A DNA stretch of 64,000 nucleotides from an uncultured Candidatus Binatia bacterium. Its GTDB lineage: Bacteria > Desulfobacterota > Binatia > UBA9968 > CAXXLF01. The stretch covers positions 1,536,001 through 1,600,000 of the forward strand of contig OZ244621.1 in NCBI GenBank assembly GCA_965218425.1, in the 5' to 3' direction. Each line of letters begins with the position of its first letter. The stretch's first letter is position 1. The position numbers and the translations under genes were made by a program. This document shows, piece after piece, positions 57,530-64,000 of this stretch. The notes beneath the pieces are model-generated. The model did no database searches. It saw only the letters and a program-made list of their open reading frames with translations, and was not told the DNA's origin.

Positions 57530-57700
57530 AAAGACGTAAAGTACGCCAAGCAAAACAAATTAAAAATCCGAAATTCGAAACAAATCCAATTGGCCAAAAA
57601 ACGTAAAATTCCAAATAAGCTCGTTTTGGATTCCGATTTTTTGATTTGAACATTTCGGTTGGTTTGAGATTCCGAGCTTCGGAATCAGGATTTTAATTCG
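57530..57700. repeat. Degenerate short-period (about 7 nt) repeats in inverted arrangement
   Basis: AAATCCG AAATTCG AAACAAATCC... facing ...GATTCCG AGCTTCG GAATCAG GATTT. Confidence 0.55.
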
Positions 57701-57790
57701 TGGGGGTCCTGGCATGAAAAACTCTATTGAAGCCGCTCCGTTGAACATTTTATCGGTAAGAATCCGAACCTGGGGTTGGCACAAACCGAC

Positions 57791-58522
57791 TCACAGGGGC
57801 AAAGATTTCTGACGCTCGGGTTCAAACACCCCATCGTCGTTCAGAGTATCAGAGCAAATGCTCCCATCCTTCAATTGGATTACACGGACGGTATGTTGGG
57901 TGAGCTCAGGATCATGGGTTGCCAGGATCAACGTTGTACCCGCAACCGTGTTCAACTCAAAAAGCAGAGTAATGATCCGCTTGCCGGTTTCCCCGTCAAG
58001 ATTGCCGGTGGGCTCGTCGGCAAACAGGATGCGGGGTCGGTTAATGAAGCTCCGCGCTATGGCCACCCGCTGCTGCTCGCCGCCTGAAAGCTGTGAGGGG
58101 TAATGATTCACCCGATCCCTTAAACCCACGCAGTCCAAAAGTTCCATGGCATGACTTTTGGCCTTCGTCTCGCCACAGAGTTCAGCAGGAACCATCACGT
58201 TCTCCAGCGCAGTGAGGGTAGGGATCAATTGGAAAGTCTGAAAAACGAATCCCGTGTATTTGTTTCGCACCTCGGCAAGCTCGTCTTCATTTAATTGATT
58301 CAGCTCGATATGATTCAAGGTCACCACCCCGGTGGTGGGCCGGTCTAGACCTGCGCAAAGACCAAGGAGGGTCGTTTTGCCACTACCCGAGGGGCCCACG
58401 ATGGCACAGGTGGTTCCTTTTTCCACGCTGAAGGCGAGATTTTTCAAGACCCTAATGGTACGATCAACGCTTTGGTAGGATTGACTGAGGCCGTTGACAT
58501 TCAAGATAGTGGAATTCGTCAT
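57791..58522 (-). CDS. ybbA: ABC transporter ATP-binding protein, YbbA-like
   Basis: GPSGSGKT, LSGGEQQR, ADEPTGNLD. Confidence 0.9.
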   Translation of the reverse strand: MTNSTILNVNGLSQSYQSVDRTIRVLKNLAFSVEKGTTCAIVGPSGSGKTTLLGLCAGLDRPTTGVVTLNHIELNQLNEDELAEVRNKYTGFVFQTFQLIPTLTALENVMVPAELCGETKAKSHAMELLDCVGLRDRVNHYPSQLSGGEQQRVAIARSFINRPRILFADEPTGNLDGETGKRIITLLFELNTVAGTTLILATHDPELTQHTVRVIQLKDGSICSDTLNDDGVFEPERQKSLPL

Positions 58523-58637
58523 AGTCTCAAATCGTTCTTAAACTGACGTTGCACGCTTGAAAAAAAGAATTCTTGAGCACTCGGGTTTGCTTGACAGAAA
58601 CTAATTAAACCATAATAGATACACGATTCAGCGCAAG

Positions 58638-59300
58638 ATGAAAGATGTTTTTCTTCTTCTTTTCTGGTTTTTTTTGTGTTCGCTAATGGGGGGGCTGAAA
58701 GTACCCGACGCGGCTTATGAATCTAAGGCCATTCTATTCCTGGGCAACAGCCTGACGGCGGGATACGGCCTGGATGCCACACAGGCGTTTCCCGCCCTGA
58801 TCCAGAATCGGATCGATTCCATGGGGTGGAAATTTGAGGTTATCAATGCGGGGCAGAGCGGCGACACTTCGTCGGGCGGGCTTAGCCGGATCCAATGGTT
58901 GCTACGACGCGAGATCCATGTTTTGGTCTTAGAGCTGGGGATTAATGATGGGTTTCGCGGTATCCACGTGGAGGTCATTCGAAAAAACCTTCAAGCCATC
59001 ATCAATAGGACTAAGAGCAAATATCCGGAGGTCGAGGTGGTCCTTGCCGGAATGCAGGTGCCCCCGAATATGGGAAGTAGCTACGCTTCTAGCTTTAAGG
59101 CTATCTTTCCTCAATTGGCGAAGAAAAATGGAGCCCATCTCATACCATTTCTGCTGGAAGGGGTGGGCGGGAATCCCAACCTCAACCTCCCCGACGGCAT
59201 CCATCCTTCGGCCGAAGGTCACAAAATCGTTGCGGAAAACGTGTGGAAGGTGATGGAACCGCTGTTGAGATCCATGAAGGCTAACTCATTGCCTCAATGA
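58638..59300 (+). CDS. tesA: Arylesterase / acyl-CoA thioesterase I (SGNH)
   Basis: GNSLTAGYG, NAGQSGDTS, ELGINDG, DGIHP; divergent from ybbA as in E. coli. Confidence 0.88.
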   Translation: MKDVFLLLFWFFLCSLMGGLKVPDAAYESKAILFLGNSLTAGYGLDATQAFPALIQNRIDSMGWKFEVINAGQSGDTSSGGLSRIQWLLRREIHVLVLELGINDGFRGIHVEVIRKNLQAIINRTKSKYPEVEVVLAGMQVPPNMGSSYASSFKAIFPQLAKKNGAHLIPFLLEGVGGNPNLNLPDGIHPSAEGHKIVAENVWKVMEPLLRSMKANSLPQ

Positions 59301-59503
59301 ATGAATCATATATAGGATCACCTCGGTTGCAAATCGAGTTGGAGGCCTGTCGGCCTTCCCGGGAAGGGCAAATGGCATGGATGAAGGCGGCCATGGAAAA
59401 CGGTTACGACTATGCCACCTTGAGAGAGGACCTACCTGCGGAAAGGATACCTGCCGGTCGGCGGAAGATAAGGAGTCCAGCATATCTATACGGCAAATCC
59501 TGA
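59297..59503 (+). CDS. Short hypothetical protein or gene remnant
   Basis: ATGA overlap with the tesA stop; no recognisable motif. Confidence 0.3.
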   Translation: MNESYIGSPRLQIELEACRPSREGQMAWMKAAMENGYDYATLREDLPAERIPAGRRKIRSPAYLYGKS

Positions 59504-59599
59504 CTTGGGCAACATGACGCCCATAAAGGATCTCCTGAAAAAGGCCCGCCCCAAAGCCAAACGCAGGTAAGGCTTCTACCGAAAGTAAGGAGGCGAAGG

Positions 59600-60796
59600 A
59601 TGCTTTCCCGAGAGGAAAACGAACTGCTCACAAAAACAGGACCGGGCACCTCCATGGGCGAGATGATGAGACGGTATTGGATACCCGCCCTGCTGTCCGA
59701 AGAAATCCTCGAACCGGACTGCGAACCCAAGCATGTAAGATTGCTCGGTGAGGACCTGGTGGCCTTTCGGGATACCCATGGAAAAATTGGACTACTGGAA
59801 GAGTACTGTCCACACCGAGGGGTTTCCCTCGCCTATGGCCGTAACGAAGAGGGTGGACTACGCTGCATCTACCATGGCTGGAAAATGGACGTGGAGGGCA
59901 ATGTGCTGGAGACCCCCGCAGAGCCCTCCGGCAGTAGCTTCAAAGAGCGCATCAAACACAGGGCCTACGCCACTCGAGAAGTGGCCGATGTCGTGTGGGC
60001 CTACATGGGCCCCCCGGACAAGATGCCAGCCTTTCCGGAGTTCCAGTGGACCCAGGCACCAAAACCCCAGCGTAGCGTTTGTAAAGTATTCTCTGATTGT
60101 AATTATCTGCAAGGGGTGGAGGGAAGCATCGATTCCTCCCATTTGAATTATCTCCATTCCTCTGAATTCAGCTCCCGATCCAGGGACCGCGCGCCACAAT
60201 TAACAGACCCGGAGGATACTCCCTACGGTTTTCGGTATGCAGCCATCAGGAAGGCCGATAAGGAGTCCTACGTCCGCGTTACCCATTTCGTCGCCCCTTT
60301 TCACGTTATTATCCCGCCCGCCAGGGCGGGCGGCGAAGACGTGAGGGCACACCAGACCTGGGTACCCGCCGACGATGACCACCACTACTTTTTCAACTTC
60401 CAGTTTAACAACAACGGACCCTTCACAAGGGATTACGCCGCCCAGTTTGAACTTGATGCCGATTATCACCCGGCTCGTAACCGTCAAAACAAGCACCGGC
60501 AGGACCGGGCCGCCATGAGGGCTGGAAATTTTACCGGCATTGAGGGAATACGGTCCCAGGACATCGCCATTGTGGAGAGCATGCTTCCCGTAGTGGACCG
60601 GACCAAGGAGCACCTGGGGACTGCGGACGTTGCCATCATTCGGGCGCGCCGCCGCTTGATTAACGCAGTGCGCAGCTTTATGGCTGGAGGCGAGCCCTTA
60701 GGCCTCCACCCATCGATTGAGTACCATCGAATAAGGAGTGAGGAAAAGATCGTTCCTCCCAACACCCCCTGGCAGGAGGTGTTAGACCAGACGTAG
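59600..60796 (+). CDS. Rieske non-heme iron oxygenase (phthalate 4,5-dioxygenase/LigXa-like)
   Basis: CPHRG...CIYHGW, EGSIDSSHLNYLH, QDIAIVES, EHLGTAD. Confidence 0.92.
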   Translation: MLSREENELLTKTGPGTSMGEMMRRYWIPALLSEEILEPDCEPKHVRLLGEDLVAFRDTHGKIGLLEEYCPHRGVSLAYGRNEEGGLRCIYHGWKMDVEGNVLETPAEPSGSSFKERIKHRAYATREVADVVWAYMGPPDKMPAFPEFQWTQAPKPQRSVCKVFSDCNYLQGVEGSIDSSHLNYLHSSEFSSRSRDRAPQLTDPEDTPYGFRYAAIRKADKESYVRVTHFVAPFHVIIPPARAGGEDVRAHQTWVPADDDHHYFFNFQFNNNGPFTRDYAAQFELDADYHPARNRQNKHRQDRAAMRAGNFTGIEGIRSQDIAIVESMLPVVDRTKEHLGTADVAIIRARRRLINAVRSFMAGGEPLGLHPSIEYHRIRSEEKIVPPNTPWQEVLDQT

Positions 60797-61125
60797 GGCG
60801 CGGGTTAGTCGAACGCAGCAAGGCGCCAGGCAATCACTGAGTGACGAGGACTGAGTGGAGAGGGATAAGAGCCGAGGATAGAGAATCAAAGACAGCAACA
60901 TGAAAGAAGAAAATTAACCGCAGACTCACGCAGATCATGGTCTGGCCATACCGGCTAGAAACTCGTTTTCCCTGCGCTTTGTTTTTTCCAATCCCTTTCC
61001 GAGGCTGATAGCTGACGGTTGACAGCCTATTTCCCCTAACACTGAACCCTGGCTTCGCCGATTCCTGCTAGCTGCTTACTGCTATCCGCCTACTTTTTTC
61101 CCTTGGCGTCCTTTGCCCGACGGGC

Positions 61126-61791
61126 CTAACCGGCCACGGCCTTTTTCTTTTGAGTCTGTTGCCAGGTTTGAACAATCTCCTCAGAAGATGCCACCAGTCC
61201 AAAGTGTTGCCGGATATTTTCGAGGGTCGACTGATGAAGCGCCTGATTGTAGGCCGCCGAGCAGTCACTCACCATAGTAACGTAGTAGTCATACATGAAG
61301 GCGTCTCTAGCGGTGGTCTCCACACAGACATTAGTGGCGACACCCATGGCCAAGACACTCTCTACCCCCCTGGCCTTGAGAACAGTATTGAGGTCCGTAT
61401 TGATAAAGGAACTGTAGCGGTGCTTGACCACCACCCGCTCATGGGGAAGGGGTGCAATTCCTTCGTAGAACTCTGCCCCCCAAGTCCCTTCGCGACAGGT
61501 CTGAACATCCTTACCTTCCGGCTTGCGATAGAGCCAGGCAGGGGTGTCGGTCCATTCACTGTGGGTGGTCTTGATGTAAACAACCGGCAGGAACACCTTG
61601 CGTGCCTCTTCAATGAGATGCACCAACCTGGGAACCATCTCCATGGCCGCAGTGACATCGCTGCCCCTGCGGGCGGCAGCCCCCTTGGGGCTACAGAAGT
61701 CATTCTGGACATCCACCACGATCAGGCACCCCACCTCAGGGCTGCATCTCTCTTGCAGGCTTCTTAGAATCTTCATCTTATCCTCCGACAT
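61126..61791 (-). CDS. Cysteine hydrolase (isochorismatase family)
   Basis: VDVQNDF, KHRYSSF, GVATNVCVETTARDA. Confidence 0.92.
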   Translation of the reverse strand: MSEDKMKILRSLQERCSPEVGCLIVVDVQNDFCSPKGAAARRGSDVTAAMEMVPRLVHLIEEARKVFLPVVYIKTTHSEWTDTPAWLYRKPEGKDVQTCREGTWGAEFYEGIAPLPHERVVVKHRYSSFINTDLNTVLKARGVESVLAMGVATNVCVETTARDAFMYDYYVTMVSDCSAAYNQALHQSTLENIRQHFGLVASSEEIVQTWQQTQKKKAVAG

Positions 61792-61838
61792 CCGTTGTGA
61801 GCTATATTGTATCTGGAGGAGAAATGGACCAAGGCAAT

Positions 61839-62249
61839 CTAACTCTCGATTAGGGCCCTTAGGATATCTCTTCCGGTCACCAGGCCCTGCAATTTATCTC
61901 CCTCCACCACCGGCAAAAAGCCGATTCGTTCATCTAATAATAGGCGGCCAGCCTCTTGGACGGAGGCATCCGGTGAAATGGTGATGGCGGGTTGATTGAT
62001 CACCCCCTTGATCGAAACCGTATCGAGGAATGCCTTCTCTTGCCTCTCTCCGTAATTGACGAGAGACGAGAAAGAAGCCCGTAACAGGTCACGTTCACTG
62101 ACTACTCCAACTACCTTTTCGCCTTCCAGAACTGGAAAATGGCGGATATGACCCTGTTTCATAATGTCCTTAGCAAGTTGTAAGCTGTCGCTCCGACGCA
62201 GAGTCCGTACTTTAAGAACCATAATATCCCGTACCTTTTTTGTAGCCAT
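61839..62249 (-). CDS. CBS domain-containing protein
   Basis: IRHFPV...VGVVSERD and IGFLPVV...GLVTGRD. Confidence 0.9.
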   Translation of the reverse strand: MATKKVRDIMVLKVRTLRRSDSLQLAKDIMKQGHIRHFPVLEGEKVVGVVSERDLLRASFSSLVNYGERQEKAFLDTVSIKGVINQPAITISPDASVQEAGRLLLDERIGFLPVVEGDKLQGLVTGRDILRALIES

Positions 62250-62499
62250 GATCGTGCCTCCTCTTATGATAACAGAAGTTGGGTCCTGATTTCGGCCTTC
62301 GCAAGGAATCCAATAGCTCCCTTATCAAGCGGGTAAGTCGTCGTCAATAGGCCCCTTCAAGAAACTGCTGGCTCCCAAGGCAATGTTCAGCACGGATCTC
62401 AGACGTCCAAGTAAGCAGATTTTATGTTTTCATTGTTGAGAAGGTCTCGGGCGTCCCCGTGAAAGGCCCGGTGCCCATGTTCCAACACATAGCCACGAT

Positions 62500-62892
62500 G
62501 GGAACACTACTCTTCTCGAACTGCACGTCCTCGGAGGCAAACGCGGCAACGTCTTCGATAATCAGTGCCGCCCCAGGGCTGACCAGCACTGCCGAGGCTA
62601 GCCGGACATGCTCTTTGTGATAGCCCAAGGGTTTGATGAACCCCTTCTCGAAGAAATATCCTACGAGAAAAAAAAGCGACGCCACAAGGCCTACCAGAAC
62701 AAACGGATTCCACCCCCAGTAGTCCAATAAAAGGTAAACTATGAAACCTGAAACCATCAGGAACTCGCCGTGGGCGAGGCTCAACGCACCGCTCACGCCG
62801 AAGATGAGCGAGAGACCAAAGGCCGCCAGGGCGCAGACACCACCCAGCAAAATCCCGTCGATGATCAACTGCGCAAGGACAGCGGGTTCCAT
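62500..62892 (-). pseudogene. LivH-like branched-chain amino acid ABC permease, truncated
   Basis: GILLGGVCALAAFGLSLIFGV..LSLAHGEFLMV; C-terminal half absent. Confidence 0.75.
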
Positions 62893-62981
62893 TACCACTT
62901 GCCGCTCTTGAATCGTCGGACCTTGAGCCCTTTGTCCAAAGGCCAGAGTGACACCTGCTTTCCTCCCTGGATCTGTGTGGG

Positions 62982-63248
62982 CTAGGGGTGAAGCGTGCCA
63001 TAGCCTCGCGAATCATGTTGCTCAACCATCTTCCCGCCAAACAGAGGAAGGTTTGTCTCCCACATGGCCCGGCGGATCGCCTCCTTATCCAGACTGCCCG
63101 CCCGTTTCAGAGCATCTTCTATGCGCCTGTAAGAATTGTATCGAATCCCGGACTCCGAAAACTGCCATGGCTCGAACCCCGCTGCGCGGCAGATGGCCAG
63201 GTATTCCCTGTGATCGGGTGTCTCACCCGTAGATGTTTTGTTTACCAT
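62982..63248 (-). pseudogene. C-terminal fragment of an amino acid ABC substrate-binding protein
   Basis: IEDALKRAGSLDKEAIRRAM; directly upstream of the livH fragment. Confidence 0.6.
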
Positions 63249-63371
63249 GGCTTGCGCTCACTGCCCATTTGCCGTGGGGAGAGACTATCTGATATGAAGC
63301 TGGCATATCAACTTGAGGCGGGTTTCGTAGCGTTCATGAACTAATGAACACGGCCAGAGGAGGAAATCCCC

Positions 63372-64000
63372 ATGTTAAAGACTGATAAGGGAGAAACCAT
63401 AGACGTAGATGGTATTAAGACCTATTACATTAAGGTAGGCACTGGTGAACCACTGTTGCTGATCCACGGTGCATCCCCTGGCGCCTGTGCCCTGGTGAAC
63501 TGGGGACTGAATATCGAACCCCTCGCCGCCTCGGGTTTCACCGTAATCGCCTTTGATCAGCCTGGATTTGGTTACAGCGATCAACCAAAGGACTATTCCT
63601 TAGAGTATCGGGTGGCCCACGCGAAAGCCTTCATTGATCGGATGAATCTTCAAAGCTTTTATGTAATGGGCAATTCTCAGGGAGCTTACATCGCAGCGCG
63701 AATCGCGTTGGAGGACCCAAGAACAAAAAAGTTAGTATTGGTGTCCAGCGGCACTTTGGCGCCTCCAGGCTCCCCACAATCTCAGGCCTTGTCCAAGGAA
63801 CACTCGGAAAGACTGAGACAGTACTCACCCAGTCTGGACAACTCTCGGCTGCTCACCCGCGGCACCCTGTACCATGAAGAATTAGTGACGGACGAGCTGG
63901 TTCAGCTCCGCTATGAGATGGGCCTTGGAAAGAATCTCGCGGCTCAAGCGGAACGACGTAAAGCCTCTTCCCCCAGGCCTCTTCGTAACGAGATGCCCAA
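63372..64000 (+). CDS. Alpha/beta hydrolase, meta-cleavage product hydrolase-like (runs off window end)
   Basis: Manual translation: LLLIHGASPGA, DQPGFGYSD, GNSQG nucleophile elbow; frame open to the end. Confidence 0.88.
   Translation, partial: MLKTDKGETIDVDGIKTYYIKVGTGEPLLLIHGASPGACALVNWGLNIEPLAASGFTVIAFDQPGFGYSDQPKDYSLEYRVAHAKAFIDRMNLQSFYVMGNSQGAYIAARIALEDPRTKKLVLVSSGTLAPPGSPQSQALSKEHSERLRQYSPSLDNSRLLTRGTLYHEELVTDELVQLRYEMGLGKNLAAQAERRKASSPRPLRNEMP

Overview
Bacterial chromosomal window, Gram-negative and Deltaproteobacteria/Binatia-like by gene content (inference). Housekeeping genes lie at both ends. Left: ftsK 5' part, rnj, plsC, ssb, EamA transporter, 2-hydroxyacid dehydrogenase, mazG. 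Right: NRDE protein, ybbP/ybbA/tesA, Rieske oxygenase, cysteine hydrolase, CBS protein, alpha/beta hydrolase. Between them is a ~46 kb mosaic accessory region (about 7.07-53.3 kb) with four main parts. (1) A squalene synthase-farnesyl-PP synthase fusion gene lies downstream of an MpaB/Lcp-like oxygenase, an MMPL transporter, a LolA-like carrier and an outer-membrane protein. (2) A decayed 19.6 kb IS1182 composite transposon (24583-44229, CCGA target duplication) is inserted in the loop of a GGGGTCA...TGACCCC REP-like hairpin. It carries higBA, toxin-antitoxin fragments, an atypical cobalt nitrile/thiocyanate hydrolase, and a defence block (type I R-M with fused HsdM-HsdS, ABC-ATPase-TOPRIM, STAND-ATPase-PRTase, KTSC). 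(3) Miniature RAYT (HUH Y1 transposase)- and IS110-derived elements recur, and their TGACCCC ends coincide with junctions between gene fragments. (4) A DUF1302-DUF1329-YCF48-MMPL lipophile-transport operon. No rRNA, tRNA or CRISPR array was seen. All family assignments come from motif recognition by eye; no database search was run.
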